From an uncultured delta proteobacterium (lineage in GTDB: Bacteria > Myxococcota_A > Polyangia > Polyangiales > Polyangiaceae): DNA of 64,000 nt. The DNA lies in the NCBI GenBank assembly GCA_963696385.1, contig CAVOKF010000005.1, positions 224,001-288,000 of the forward strand, written 5' to 3'. Position 1 is the first letter of the stretch. Each line of letters starts with the position of its first letter. Shown piece after piece: positions 1 through 12,887 of the stretch. The notes beneath the pieces were generated by a model that worked only from the letters and a program-made list of their open reading frames with translations, was not told the DNA's origin and made no database searches. Both the position numbers and the translations under genes were made by a program.

Positions 1-25
1 CGAGTTGCTTTGCGAGGTTTGGTGA
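1..25 (+). CDS. rpsH: 30S ribosomal protein S8, last codons only (partial)
   Basis: Frame from nt 2 reads ELLCEVW*, the typical S8 C-terminus, directly upstream of rplF. Confidence 0.85.
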
Positions 26-30
26 GCGCC

Positions 31-639
31 ATGACGACCGTCAATCAGACTGAGCCTCAGGGGTTCCCGGGCATTCGCCAGTCGCGAACCGGCAAACGGC
101 CAATCCCGCTCCCCAAAGGCGTCAGCGCGACGCTGAAGGAGAGGTCAATCGAGATCCGCGGTCCGAAGGCCACTCTTGCTCGCAACGTGCCCGATCACGT
201 GAGCGTCGAGGTGGACGCGGCGCACATTCGCGTCGCACCGACGGTTCCGGGACGAGACGGGGCTCGCTTTCAAGGGCTCGCACGGGCTCTGCTAGCAGGA
301 ATGGTGACCGGGGTTGCCGACGGCTACACGAAGACGCTTCAGCTCGTCGGTACCGGCTACCGCGCGGAGGTCAAGGGCCAGGTGTTGAACCTCAGCCTGG
401 GGTTTTCCCACCCGATCGCTTTTCCACTTCCCAAGGGGATAAAATGCGATATCCCCGGCGATTCGAAGGGGACCATCGTGATCCTTACCGGATCCGACAA
501 GGAAGTCATCGGGCAGACGGCCGCGAAAATCCGCGCATTTCGGCCACCGGAGCCTTACGGCGGCAAGGGCGTGCGGTATCAAGGCGAAAAAGTGCGCGAA
601 AAGGCCGGCAAGGCGGCGAAGGCCGGCGGAGGAAAGTGA
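31..639 (+). CDS. rplF: 50S ribosomal protein L6
   Basis: SRxGKRPI start motif, GTGYRA, RPPEPYGGKGVRY; spc operon position; ATG at 31 preferred to TTG at 10. Confidence 0.97.
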   Translation: MTTVNQTEPQGFPGIRQSRTGKRPIPLPKGVSATLKERSIEIRGPKATLARNVPDHVSVEVDAAHIRVAPTVPGRDGARFQGLARALLAGMVTGVADGYTKTLQLVGTGYRAEVKGQVLNLSLGFSHPIAFPLPKGIKCDIPGDSKGTIVILTGSDKEVIGQTAAKIRAFRPPEPYGGKGVRYQGEKVREKAGKAAKAGGGK

Positions 640-642
640 CCC

Positions 643-1002
643 ATGGCGATGCGTATCGTGGGGCGCGAACGCAGAAAGCTGCGTATTCGCCGGCGGATCA
701 GCGGAACTTCGGAGCGACCGCGTCTGAGCGTATTTCGCAGCGCGAAGCACATTTACGCGCAGGTAGTAGACGACGTGGCCGGCACGACCGTTGCCCACGC
801 GTCGACGCTCTCGCGCGGCGTTCGGAGCGAGGTCGCCGAGGATCGCAAGCTCGACGCGGCAAAGAGAGTCGGCAAGGCCATCGCGAAGCTGCTTTTGGAG
901 AAGGGGATCGACAAGGTGGTCTTTGACCGCAGCGGCTACTTGTATCACGGCCGGATTCGTGCGCTCGCGGACGCCGCGCGCGAAGCCGGTCTGAAATTTT
1001 GA
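643..1002 (+). CDS. rplR: 50S ribosomal protein L18
   Basis: [37 protein letters not shown]. Confidence 0.98.
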   Translation: MAMRIVGRERRKLRIRRRISGTSERPRLSVFRSAKHIYAQVVDDVAGTTVAHASTLSRGVRSEVAEDRKLDAAKRVGKAIAKLLLEKGIDKVVFDRSGYLYHGRIRALADAAREAGLKF

Positions 1003-1012
1003 TTGGAGAAAG

Positions 1013-1630
1013 ATGGCGATGGCTGCTTACAACGCTCCGAGGTTTGCCGGTGCGCAGGACTCAAGGTTTTCTGGCGCCGGTGCTCCGGGGCAGCTTCATA
1101 TCGATGAAGAGAAACTCAAGGAGCGCGTCATCTACATCAACCGAGTGGCCAAAGTGGTCAAGGGCGGTCGGCGCTTCAGCTTCAGCGCTCTTGTGGTTGT
1201 CGGGGATGAAGGTGGGCACGTGGGTGTCGGTCTTGGAAAAGCCAATGAGGTTCCCGAGGCCATCCGCAAAGGAAATGACCAGGCGCGAAAGAACGTGTTT
1301 CGCGTTCCGCTCGACGGTGTGACGATTCCGCATCAAACCTTGGGCCACTTCGGTAGTGGCCGGGTATTCCTCAAGCCGGCCTCCGCTGGGACGGGCGTCA
1401 TCGCCGGGGGAGCCGTACGCGCGGTGGTTGAGAGCGCGGGCATTCACGACATTTTGACCAAATGCCTGGGAAGCTCAAATCCTCACAACGTGGTGCGCGC
1501 AACCATCGCAGCGCTTAAGTCGCTCCGCAACCTGGAACAGGTGGCGCAAAAGCGGGGCAAGCAGACCGAGGATCTGATCGAACGCAAGGCGGAGAGAGCG
1601 CCGGTAGTCGCGCTGCCCGCGCAAGCCTGA
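1013..1630 (+). CDS. rpsE: 30S ribosomal protein S5
   Basis: [32 protein letters not shown]. Confidence 0.98.
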   Translation: MAMAAYNAPRFAGAQDSRFSGAGAPGQLHIDEEKLKERVIYINRVAKVVKGGRRFSFSALVVVGDEGGHVGVGLGKANEVPEAIRKGNDQARKNVFRVPLDGVTIPHQTLGHFGSGRVFLKPASAGTGVIAGGAVRAVVESAGIHDILTKCLGSSNPHNVVRATIAALKSLRNLEQVAQKRGKQTEDLIERKAERAPVVALPAQA

Positions 1631-1641
1631 AAGAGAACGCC

Positions 1642-1833
1642 ATGAAGCCCAAAATCCGTGTAACTCAGACGAAAAGCACGATCGGTCAACAGAACGACAT
1701 GCGTTCGACCATCCATGGGTTGGGACTCAGAGGGCCTGGGACCAGCGTGATCGTGGGCAACACGCCGTCGTTTCGCGGCGCGATCAAGAAGGTCATTCAC
1801 TTGCTGCGGGTTGAGGAGGTCGATCATGGCTGA
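1642..1833 (+). CDS. rpmD: 50S ribosomal protein L30
   Basis: 63 aa, KSTIG..T..GLGL..KVIHLL; synteny. Confidence 0.95.
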   Translation: MKPKIRVTQTKSTIGQQNDMRSTIHGLGLRGPGTSVIVGNTPSFRGAIKKVIHLLRVEEVDHG

Positions 1834-2284
1834 CACATTGAGCAAGCTGGCACCACCCGGCGGCGCGACGGGTCAGAAAACGCGCGTCGGTCGCGGCGTC
1901 GGGTCGGGTCTCGGGAAGACCGCGGGCCGAGGCCAAAAGGGGCAGTACGCGCGCACGCGTGGATTCAAGCCGCATTTCGAGGGGGGGCAGACACCCATTC
2001 AGCGGCGCTTACCCAAGCGCGGTTTTCGCAATGCGTTCCCGACCATCACCGCGTCGGTAAACGTCGGCGACCTTGAGCTCTTCGATGGCGGCGCGAGCGT
2101 CGACGAGAAGGCCCTGGAGCAGCGCGGACTCGTCAAGGGTCGGTTCGACCGAATTAAGATCCTCGGTGACGGGGAGATTACGAAAGCCGTCACCGTGTCG
2201 GCGCACGCATTTTCGAAAAACGCAGCGGACAAGATCGAGAAGGCGGGGGGCAAGATCGTGATCGTCGGACGTACGCCGGCTTAG
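1826..2284 (+). CDS. rplO: 50S ribosomal protein L15
   Basis: [41 protein letters not shown] before ATG 1826. Confidence 0.97.
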   Translation: MADTLSKLAPPGGATGQKTRVGRGVGSGLGKTAGRGQKGQYARTRGFKPHFEGGQTPIQRRLPKRGFRNAFPTITASVNVGDLELFDGGASVDEKALEQRGLVKGRFDRIKILGDGEITKAVTVSAHAFSKNAADKIEKAGGKIVIVGRTPA

Positions 2285-2297
2285 CCTCGGCACCCCC

Positions 2298-3638
2298 ATG
2301 TCCGCCCTATCCGCCTTTGCAAATATCGGGAAGGTCCCCGAGCTCCGGAGGAGAATTCTCTTCACTGTCGTCTTGCTCGCGGTTTATCGGATAGGCGTAT
2401 TCGTCACCATTCCGGGCGTGGACCGAACGGTGATGAACGCCGTAATCCACAAGCAAGGCGGTGGTCTGCTTGGTCTCTTCAACATGTTCAGCGGGGGTGC
2501 GCTGGGTAATTTGTCGATCTTCGCGCTTGGCATCATGCCCTATGTGAGCGCGAGCATCATCCTTCAGCTCTTGACGATGGTGTTCAAGCCGCTCGACGAA
2601 CTCCGGAAGGAAGGCGAGCAGGGCCAGCGCAAGATCAATCAGTATACCCGCTACGGCACGATTGCTCTTTCACTCGTTCAAGGCTTCGGCATCGCCATGA
2701 GCCTCGAGGCTATGAACAACGGAGACCTTTCAGACTCGGCGGCGGTGGGGGACGTGGTTACGCACGCCGGTTGGGGCTTCCGTTTGATGAGTATGCTCAC
2801 GCTGACGACCGGAACGGCGTTCATGATGTGGGTTGGTGAGCAGATCACGGAACGCGGAATCGGAAACGGGATATCGCTCCTCATATTCGCTGGAATCGTC
2901 GACGGGATACCGGACGGCATCGCGGGCTACTTCGCAACCAACAAGGGCAACATCCAGCCTCTGAACCTTGCGGCGGTCGTCACGATCGTGCTCGCCACGG
3001 TCGCGACCATCGTTTTTTTTGAGCGCGCGCAGCGCAGAATTCCCATCTATTACGCGCGCCGAACCGTGGGTCGGCGAATTTACGGTGGGCAAACCGCGCA
3101 CCTACCGTTGCGGGTCAATACCAGCGGGACGATCCCGCCGATCTTCGCTTCGTCGTTGCTCATGTTTCCCGCCACACTGGCCAACTTCAAGGTTCCGGGC
3201 ATGGCACAGCTGCAATCGATGCTGCAGCGCGGCGACTGGGCCTTCAACACGTTCTATGTCCTCCTGATTATTTTCTTTTGCCATTTCTACACCGCGGTCA
3301 CCTTTCAGCCGGTCGACGTGGCGGACAATCTGAAAAAACAACAAGCTTTCATTCCGAGCGTGCGACAGGGAAAGCAGACTGCCGATTACATTGATTATGT
3401 GTTGACCCGGATCACGTTCGGTGGATCGCTCTACGTTGCAGTCGTATGCATCGTCCCGAGCATAATCAGCCAGCAGTTCCATGTTCCATTCCGGTGGGGC
3501 GGCACGTCGATCATGATCGTCGTGGGCGTGGCGCTGGATACCGTGAACCAAATCGAGGCCCACCTCATTACGCGCAACTACGAGGGCCTTTCCGGCGCAG
3601 GAGCGCGAACGTCGCGTATCCGTGCGCGAAAGGATTGA
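2298..3638 (+). CDS. secY: Preprotein translocase subunit SecY
   Basis: [38 protein letters not shown]; multiple TM segments. Confidence 0.98.
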   Translation: MSALSAFANIGKVPELRRRILFTVVLLAVYRIGVFVTIPGVDRTVMNAVIHKQGGGLLGLFNMFSGGALGNLSIFALGIMPYVSASIILQLLTMVFKPLDELRKEGEQGQRKINQYTRYGTIALSLVQGFGIAMSLEAMNNGDLSDSAAVGDVVTHAGWGFRLMSMLTLTTGTAFMMWVGEQITERGIGNGISLLIFAGIVDGIPDGIAGYFATNKGNIQPLNLAAVVTIVLATVATIVFFERAQRRIPIYYARRTVGRRIYGGQTAHLPLRVNTSGTIPPIFASSLLMFPATLANFKVPGMAQLQSMLQRGDWAFNTFYVLLIIFFCHFYTAVTFQPVDVADNLKKQQAFIPSVRQGKQTADYIDYVLTRITFGGSLYVAVVCIVPSIISQQFHVPFRWGGTSIMIVVGVALDTVNQIEAHLITRNYEGLSGAGARTSRIRARKD

Positions 3639-3643
3639 GGCCG

Positions 3644-4267
3644 ATGCGTCTCGTGTTCATGGGGCCTCCCGGTGCGGGGAAGGGAACGCAGGCGAGAATC
3701 GTTGGCGTGAGGTGTGGCATCCCCCAGATCTCGACGGGCGACATGCTGCGGGCGGCGAGGGCGGAGGGCCGGCTGCCGTCGGATCTCGTCGGCCGCATGG
3801 CAGCCGGGGCGCTCGTGCCCGATGACGTGGTGATCCGACTCATCGACGAACGGACCCGGAGGCCCGACTGCGGCGATGGATTTATGCTCGACGGATTTCC
3901 CAGAACCGTTCCACAAGCGACCGCCCTGCAAACTTTGCTCGAGGCGAGCGGGCTCGCGCTCGATCATGTGATCGCCATTGAGCTTCCGCGCTCACTCCTG
4001 ATCGAACGTGCAGTTCTACGCCGGACGGACAAACGCACTGGACAGATTTATCATTTGAAGTATAGCCCTCCTCCCCCCGGGGCAGACCTAGAGCACCGTA
4101 CGGACGACCGCGAAGACGTTGTGGCGAAACGCCTCGACACGTACGAAGAGATGACCGCGGATCTGCTCCCGTACTATCAGGGTCTGGGCATTTTGAGGCG
4201 AATCGATGGGGTGGGGGCAGTAGAAGAGGTGACCGCACGCGTCCTTCATGCGCTCGGTCTGGACTAA
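3644..4267 (+). CDS. adk: Adenylate kinase
   Basis: GPPGAGKGTQA P-loop, STGDMLR, LDGFPRT; start ATG 3644. Confidence 0.97.
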   Translation: MRLVFMGPPGAGKGTQARIVGVRCGIPQISTGDMLRAARAEGRLPSDLVGRMAAGALVPDDVVIRLIDERTRRPDCGDGFMLDGFPRTVPQATALQTLLEASGLALDHVIAIELPRSLLIERAVLRRTDKRTGQIYHLKYSPPPPGADLEHRTDDREDVVAKRLDTYEEMTADLLPYYQGLGILRRIDGVGAVEEVTARVLHALGLD

Positions 4268-4294
4268 ACACTGGTAAGGCAGGACACCGAGGAG

Positions 4295-4549
4295 ATGTCC
4301 AATTGCATGACTGAACGGCGCGAGCGCAAGGAGCCCAAGGGTGACAAGCTGGAATTCGACGGCGCCGTGCAGGAGGCGCTGCCAAACGCCATGTTTCGAG
4401 TCAAATGTGACAATGGTCTCGTCGTTCTCGCGACGATCAGCGGGCGCATGCGCCAATTCTACATTCGGATCTTGCCGGGCGATCGGGTCACGGTCGAGGT
4501 GAGTCCCTACGACCCGAGCCGAGGCCGGATTACCTACCGGCACAAATGA
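4295..4549 (+). CDS. infA: Translation initiation factor IF-1
   Basis: [33 protein letters not shown]. Confidence 0.97.
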   Translation: MSNCMTERRERKEPKGDKLEFDGAVQEALPNAMFRVKCDNGLVVLATISGRMRQFYIRILPGDRVTVEVSPYDPSRGRITYRHK

Positions 4550-4606
4550 ACCGCAATTTTCAGCGGCAAACGAGCCCAGCAATCGAATGAAGGAGTGGAT
4601 TTTTCC

Positions 4607-4720
4607 GTGAAGGTACGACCGAGCGTCAAGAAGATTTGCGAAAAGTGCAAAGTGGTCCGGCGCAAGGGTGTCGTCCGGATCATTTGCGAAAATCCCCGTC
4701 ACAAGCAGCGGCAAGGCTGA
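4607..4720 (+). CDS. rpmJ: 50S ribosomal protein L36 (Zn-binding form); not in ORF track
   Basis: GTG start, [43 protein letters not shown] upstream. Confidence 0.97.
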   Translation: MKVRPSVKKICEKCKVVRRKGVVRIICENPRHKQRQG

Positions 4721-4732
4721 GCGAGAGAACAC

Positions 4733-5122
4733 ATGGCCCGCATCGCAGGTGTCGACCTTCCACGCCACAAGCAGATCGCCTTTGCGCTGCCGTATCTTTA
4801 CGGGATCGGCAGGGCTACGGCGCGCAAGATCTGCGCGGATACTGGTATTCCACCGAACAAGCCGACCGAAGAGCTGAGCGAGTCGGACATCAAGAAAATC
4901 CGTGATTTGCTCGACTCGGACTACAAGGTCGAAGGGGACCTCAGGCGAGAAATCCAGATGAACATCAAGCGGCTCATGGATCTAGGCTGCTATCGCGGGC
5001 TGCGGCACCGCAGGGGACTGCCGGTCAATGGCCAACGGACCCATACCAACGCCCGAACTCGCAAGGGCCCCCGCAAGGGCCTGCTCGCCCGCCCTCGCAA
5101 GCCGGCGACCGGAGCAACTTGA
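4733..5122 (+). CDS. rpsM: 30S ribosomal protein S13
   Basis: [34 protein letters not shown]. Confidence 0.98.
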   Translation: MARIAGVDLPRHKQIAFALPYLYGIGRATARKICADTGIPPNKPTEELSESDIKKIRDLLDSDYKVEGDLRREIQMNIKRLMDLGCYRGLRHRRGLPVNGQRTHTNARTRKGPRKGLLARPRKPATGAT

Positions 5123-5206
5123 ACCCAGGCAGAGAGGGAGCCTTCGACGTAAGCGTCAGCCCGTCGGCTCGTTCTCTCGAGCGCGTCTCCGCAGGAGCTA
5201 ACTGAT

Positions 5207-5635
5207 ATGTCCCAGTCCAAGACAAGTATCCCTCCGCCCGGCGGCGCGGGCGAGGGCGGAAAAAAAGCCAAGAAAAAAGTGAAGAAGAATGTGGCGACCG
5301 GAATCGCTCACATTCAGTCGACGTTCAACAATACCGTCGTCACTATCACGGACGTAAACGGCAACACCGTCGCTTGGTCGAGTTCGGGCTCTCGCGGTTT
5401 CAAGGGCTCGCGCAAGAGCACTCCGTTCGCGGCGCAGCTTGCGGCTGAAGAAGCGGCCCGAAAGGCGATGGAGCACGGGATGCGCTCGATCGCCGTTTTC
5501 GTGAAGGGGCCCGGGGCCGGCCGGGAAAGCGCGCTGCGGGCACTGCAGACGGTCGGGTTCAAAGTCACGCTCATTCGGGATGTGACGCCGGTCCCTCACA
5601 ACGGGTGCCGTCCGCCGAAGCGGCGGCGCGTGTGA
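5207..5635 (+). CDS. rpsK: 30S ribosomal protein S11
   Basis: [35 protein letters not shown]. Confidence 0.98.
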   Translation: MSQSKTSIPPPGGAGEGGKKAKKKVKKNVATGIAHIQSTFNNTVVTITDVNGNTVAWSSSGSRGFKGSRKSTPFAAQLAAEEAARKAMEHGMRSIAVFVKGPGAGRESALRALQTVGFKVTLIRDVTPVPHNGCRPPKRRRV

Positions 5636-5759
5636 ATCGGCTTCCCGGCGCAAGTTTCGCCGGTCTGGGACGAAGCGCCGCTGGCGCGTAAACCAGTTTC
5701 AGGCTCAACCCCCGGCATCAGCGGGTGTGGGCAGAACGAAAGAGACGGAAATAGAAAGC

Positions 5760-6389
5760 ATGGCTCGTTATCACGGTCCCGTTTGCAAGCTCTGTCGCCG
5801 AGAGGGCATGAAGCTTTTCCTCAAGGGTGAGCGCTGCTACACCGAGAAGTGCTCGTACACCCGTCGCCCGTACCCACCCGGACAGCACGGCCAGGCTCGC
5901 GTGAAGCTCAGCGAATACGCAATCCGATTGCGCGAAAAGCAGAAGGTGCGCCGGATCTACGGTGTTCTCGAAAGACAATTTCAAAAATACTATTTTGACG
6001 CAGCGCGCCGAAAGGGAAGGACTGGCGAGCAGATGCTCGGGTTGCTCGAAGGGCGCCTGGACAACGTGGTGCATCGCTTGGGTTTCGCGTTCACACGCGC
6101 CCAGGCGCGCCAAATCGTCCGCCACGGCCACTTGCTGGTCAACGGAAGGCGCGTAGACATTCCCAGCGTGCTGCTGCGTCCGGGCGACAAGATCGAAGTC
6201 AGGCAAAAGAGCCGAGAAATAAAGGAGATCGTCGCTTCGCTCGCTCAAGTCGAGAAGCGGCCGGTCCTGTCGTGGCTCGAGCTGGACAAGGCCAATTTCG
6301 CCGGCACCTTCAAAGGCGCTCCGGTGCGAGAAGAGATGAACGAGCCGGCCATTCGTGAGCAGTATGTCGTTGAGTATTACTCGCGCTGA
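5760..6389 (+). CDS. rpsD: 30S ribosomal protein S4 (Cys4 zinc form)
   Basis: [37 protein letters not shown]. Confidence 0.98.
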   Translation: MARYHGPVCKLCRREGMKLFLKGERCYTEKCSYTRRPYPPGQHGQARVKLSEYAIRLREKQKVRRIYGVLERQFQKYYFDAARRKGRTGEQMLGLLEGRLDNVVHRLGFAFTRAQARQIVRHGHLLVNGRRVDIPSVLLRPGDKIEVRQKSREIKEIVASLAQVEKRPVLSWLELDKANFAGTFKGAPVREEMNEPAIREQYVVEYYSR

Positions 6390-6490
6390 CAATTGAAATG
6401 CCACACGGGCAGGCAACGGGCGCCGCCAGAGAGCGGGTTCGAAGGTGCGCTGGGATTGCCGCGTGAACCTCTGAAGAACAGCGAGAAAGC

Positions 6491-7519
6491 ATGACCACGT
6501 CCACCAACATTGCACGCAACTGGCGCGACCTCATCCGTCCACGCGGAATTCACGTCGAGGGCGAATCGCTCACTGAGTTCTACGGAAAGTTCACGGCGGA
6601 GCCGCTCGAGCGGGGTTACGGCATCACGGTCGGAAACTCTCTCCGACGGATCCTGCTTTCGTCGCTTCAGGGCGCGGCGATTACCGCGGTTCGAATCGAC
6701 GGCGCTCTTCACGAGTTCACGACCGTGAACGACGTCGTCGAAGACGTGACGGACATCGTGCTGAACTTGAAGGAAGTGGTCCTCAAAGCAGCGACGGCAA
6801 AGACGTACACCGTGCGAATCGACAAAGTGGGCCCGGGTGCCGTGCATGCTCGCGACATCCAGCTCGTGGACGGGCTGCAGGTCCTGAACCCGGACCACGT
6901 CGTTGCAACGCTCGACAAGGCCGGACCGCTCGTCCTGGAGCTGACCGTCAGCGTGGGTCGCGGATACGTCCCCGCCGAACGAAACAAGACGGCGGGCATG
7001 TCGATCGGCACGATTCCCATAGATGCGCTGTTTTCGCCCGTCCGTAAAGTCAACTACACCGTGACCAATGCGCGTGTCGGTCAGCAGACGGACTACGACA
7101 AACTAACTCTCGAAGTGTGGACGAACGGAAGCGTGCGACCGCAGGACGCAGTGGCCTACGCGGCAAAAATTCTGAAAGAGCAGCTCTCCATATTTATCAA
7201 CTTCGAGGAGAGCGAGGAGACGCACTACACCCCCTCCGGATCCGAGGAGGAGCCGCTCAACGAAAACCTATTTCGGAGCGTCGACGAACTTGAACTGAGC
7301 GTACGGAGCGCAAACTGCCTGCAGAACGCTAATATTCAGCTCATCGGTGAGCTCGTTCAGCGCACCGAACAGGACATGCTGAAAACCAAAAATTTCGGGC
7401 GTAAGAGTCTGAAGGAAATCAAAGAGATTCTCGCGAACATGGGACTTTCCCTCGGGATGAAGATCGACAACTGGCCGCAGATGCTCGAGCGCTGGAAGCA
7501 GCAGCAGCAGCAAAACTAA
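6491..7519 (+). CDS. rpoA: RNA polymerase alpha subunit
   Basis: [38 protein letters not shown]. Confidence 0.98.
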   Translation: MTTSTNIARNWRDLIRPRGIHVEGESLTEFYGKFTAEPLERGYGITVGNSLRRILLSSLQGAAITAVRIDGALHEFTTVNDVVEDVTDIVLNLKEVVLKAATAKTYTVRIDKVGPGAVHARDIQLVDGLQVLNPDHVVATLDKAGPLVLELTVSVGRGYVPAERNKTAGMSIGTIPIDALFSPVRKVNYTVTNARVGQQTDYDKLTLEVWTNGSVRPQDAVAYAAKILKEQLSIFINFEESEETHYTPSGSEEEPLNENLFRSVDELELSVRSANCLQNANIQLIGELVQRTEQDMLKTKNFGRKSLKEIKEILANMGLSLGMKIDNWPQMLERWKQQQQQN

Positions 7520-7610
7520 TTCTTCGGACGCTAAATCAGCTTGATGCTTCATGTTATTTTTTTGGACCTCCCCCAATTCGATTTTAGCCAGTCATTAGTG
7601 AGGCAACGCC

Positions 7611-8171
7611 ATGCGCCACCGAAACGCAGGTCGCAAGTTCGACCGGAACACCAGCAGCCGGCGCGCCATGCTGCGCAACTTGGCGGCGAACCTCATTCTG
7701 CACGAGCGCCTTGAGACCACGGATGCGAAAGCGAAGGAACTGCGCCGTATAGCGGAGAAGCTCATCACGAAGGCGCGGCGACTGGGCGAGGCGGCTTACA
7801 CGCCGCAGGCCGAGCTGTCGTCGGGCGATCGTGCACGCCGGCTGGCGGCGTCTCGGCTCATTTCGGCCTACGTGCCCCGATTCGGGGTCCGTGCCGAATC
7901 CGGCGGGGAAACCAAGCGTGTCGATCTGGTCGAGAAAGTGCTTGTCGACTTGGCCAGACGCTTCGCGCACCGTCCCGGCGGTTACACCCGTATCGTGAAG
8001 TTCGGCCCGCGCCGCGGGGATAACGCGCCCATTTCACTCATCGAGTTCGTCGAAGAAGGTCGAGCGGGGAGCAGGCCGACGGCACCGAAGGCGACCGAGC
8101 CCGCTGGCGTCGTCAAACAGGCGGCGCAGGTTGCCGCCGCCGAGCCGTCGGAACCTGCGAAGATCGAATAG
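7611..8171 (+). CDS. rplQ: 50S ribosomal protein L17 with internal insertion and Ala/Pro tail
   Basis: MRHRNAGRK, TTDAKAKE, RPGGYTRIVK..RRGDNA. Confidence 0.96.
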   Translation: MRHRNAGRKFDRNTSSRRAMLRNLAANLILHERLETTDAKAKELRRIAEKLITKARRLGEAAYTPQAELSSGDRARRLAASRLISAYVPRFGVRAESGGETKRVDLVEKVLVDLARRFAHRPGGYTRIVKFGPRRGDNAPISLIEFVEEGRAGSRPTAPKATEPAGVVKQAAQVAAAEPSEPAKIE

Positions 8172-8212
8172 CGGCAGCCGTACGGACAATGCCTTAGCCA
8201 GCGCTAGCCGAA

Positions 8213-8270
8213 CGGACGCAGTCTCTTTCCTCGGTGTTTCTGGACTGCCGTCCGGCCGCCCGCTGGCGGC
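8213..8270. terminator. Two hairpins between convergent rplQ and acyP
   Basis: CGGACG-CAGTC...GACTG-C-CGTCCG (8213-8254) and GCCGCC-CGCT-GGCGGC (8255-8270); no strong U tract. Confidence 0.4.
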
Positions 8271-8276
8271 TTGAAT

Positions 8277-8555
8277 TCATTCGACGATTCGGAATTCTGA
8301 GAACTCGCCCGTGTAACTGCGCCAGCGAACGTCGACGTCGTCGACCCGAGCAGCGGAAGGCCCATGTTGCGCCCAAGATATGATTTCTTTGATAGAGTCC
8401 TCCTCACCTTCGGCCAATAGCTCAACGCTGCCGTCCGGACGGTTTCTCACCCACCCAGAGATTCCAAGACGTCGAGCCTCGCGCTGGGTGGCCGCTCGGA
8501 AGAAGGCGCCCGTGACGCGTCCCCGGACGATTATTTGGACTCGTTTTGCCGACAT
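8277..8555 (-). CDS. acyP: Acylphosphatase
   Basis: VRGRVTGAFFR, GWVRNRPDGSVE, GPSAARV; ATG 8555. Confidence 0.92.
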   Translation of the reverse strand: MSAKRVQIIVRGRVTGAFFRAATQREARRLGISGWVRNRPDGSVELLAEGEEDSIKEIISWAQHGPSAARVDDVDVRWRSYTGEFSEFRIVE

Positions 8556-8605
8556 CGTAGCCGCCAGTGTAGACGACGTAGCGAATCGGCGGCGTTCCAG
8601 CAACA

Positions 8606-11190
<2,585 letters not shown>

Positions 11191-11236
11191 TCACCCGGAC
11201 GTGTCCGGCGCCATCGCCTCAGTTTGGCTCCTGCAC

Positions 11237-12787
11237 TCAGTTCAAACCGGCGAGTCCGAGCCAGCGCCCCTCTGCGCTAGGCCGGAAGTGCCTTGCGCGC
11301 ACGCCAGTAACGGCCACCTGATCTTCGTACCACAGCGGCAAGATGTGCATCTGTTCGAGCACGCGATCTTCGACGCGGGCATAGATAACCTTTCGCGAGC
11401 TCATAGCTGCCGTCGCATCAAACGTGGTCTGACCCCCTGTCGCTCCCTCTTCCCCGCGGTCTCCTTGGTCCAGGAGCGTGTCGAGCGTCGCATCGAGCAC
11501 TCGACCGCGATTGGCGCCCACGGGCGGTACGAACCCGCTATGCAAAAAATGCCGCAAGACGTTGGGCTCCGTCATTTCGGGGAGTTGGAGAATGGCCAGA
11601 TCGAAATCGCCGCCACTGAGTCGGGCGATCATCGTTCCAAGCTCGAGCGGTACGACGGTCGCATCGATTCCGACGTCTCCGAGCTCCTGGGCGATGACGC
11701 GCGCGACGTCGCCGCGAAGGCGTTCCGTCGAAGTGAGCAGTGTCACCCGCATCTTCGCCACGTCGGCCTCGGCCAGCAGAGCGCGTGCTCGGGCCGGGTC
11801 GAACGCGAGCGTCGCTCGATCGGTATGTGCCCAGTGCGTCGGCGCGATCAGACCGCCCGCAGCCGTTGCGCGTCGGTCGAACAGGGTCGCGACGAGCATG
11901 CTTCGGTCGATGGCAAGCGACATGGCTCGGCGCACTCGACGGTCACCGAGGTGAGGTCGTGCCTCCTGCACGACCACGTACGTCAGATTCGCCCCTGGTT
12001 GCGCCGTGACCGTCAGCCCTGGTTCAGCGGACAGCGCGGGCAGCAAGGCGGGCGAAAGAAGATTCACCGCTACGTCCGCACGGCCGACTTCCAATCTGAG
12101 CGCGCGCGTGTTCTCGTCATGCACCGTCCGCAGTGTGATCGCGTGCAACGGCCTCGGCAGTGCGGCGCCGGTCGCGGGAAAGAGCTGCACTTCTCCCTGC
12201 GTGAAGGACCTGACGACGAACGGCCCAAGCCCGTCGAGCGACCCGCCGGGCGCAGGCGGAGATGCCGCCTCGTCGGCGCGCAAAATGGGTAGCTCCAAGT
12301 CCGTCAGTAAAGTTGCGTGCGGCCGCGCGAGGCGAACGACAATCGCGTGCTCTCCGGCCTCCCGCACGTCCGCGATTGCTTCCACGATTCGAGCTTGCCG
12401 CGATGCCACCTGCGGTGACGCGATGGCGCGCAGAGTGGCGGCGACGTCGTGCGCGCGCATTGGCGCACCGGAGTGGAAGCGCACGTCGTCGCGCAGAGCG
12501 ACTCTTAGTGTCAACGGATCGAGCCATTGCCAACTCGTTGCGAGGTACGGCCGGGCAGCGAGCGTTCCGGGATCGAGGCGAACGAGACCCGCGTGGATCA
12601 GGCGTGTGGTGCGCACGCCGACGGGGTCCGTTGCGTAACGTGGATCGAGCGTTTCGGGGTCGCTCGCGACGAGCATCTCAATCGGTCGATCTTCGCGGCT
12701 TCGCGCGGGTGCAGCGACAGCGCAAGCCATTTCGCTGGAAACGATGAGGCCGAGCAGAGCGACTCGGCGACCACCATGCGCCTGCAT
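11237..12787 (-). CDS. ABC transporter substrate-binding protein, family 5 (peptide/nickel type)
   Basis: PETLDPR, LATSW, LRDDVRFHSG, GLGPF, VRRAMSLAIDR; signal-like segment after ATG 12787 (start uncertain). Confidence 0.85.
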   Translation of the reverse strand: MQAHGGRRVALLGLIVSSEMACAVAAPARSREDRPIEMLVASDPETLDPRYATDPVGVRTTRLIHAGLVRLDPGTLAARPYLATSWQWLDPLTLRVALRDDVRFHSGAPMRAHDVAATLRAIASPQVASRQARIVEAIADVREAGEHAIVVRLARPHATLLTDLELPILRADEAASPPAPGGSLDGLGPFVVRSFTQGEVQLFPATGAALPRPLHAITLRTVHDENTRALRLEVGRADVAVNLLSPALLPALSAEPGLTVTAQPGANLTYVVVQEARPHLGDRRVRRAMSLAIDRSMLVATLFDRRATAAGGLIAPTHWAHTDRATLAFDPARARALLAEADVAKMRVTLLTSTERLRGDVARVIAQELGDVGIDATVVPLELGTMIARLSGGDFDLAILQLPEMTEPNVLRHFLHSGFVPPVGANRGRVLDATLDTLLDQGDRGEEGATGGQTTFDATAAMSSRKVIYARVEDRVLEQMHILPLWYEDQVAVTGVRARHFRPSAEGRWLGLAGLN

Positions 12788-12887
12788 CGTCCCGGCGCGC
12801 CGCTTTTGAGATGACGCAAGGGCGCGCGACATCGGCGACTCTGACGAGGCTTCACAGGCGTCGCGCGCCGATCTATGCCAGCCGCTC

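Noticed and set aside
7498..7516. CAG repeat giving poly-Gln at the RpoA C-terminus
   Set aside because: Only five codons in a variable tail; no sign of a contingency locus
11237..12787. Family 5 binding protein as the NikR-controlled nickel receptor (NikA)
   Set aside because: About 7 kb from nikR, no permeases adjacent and no NikR operator seen; substrate cannot be assigned
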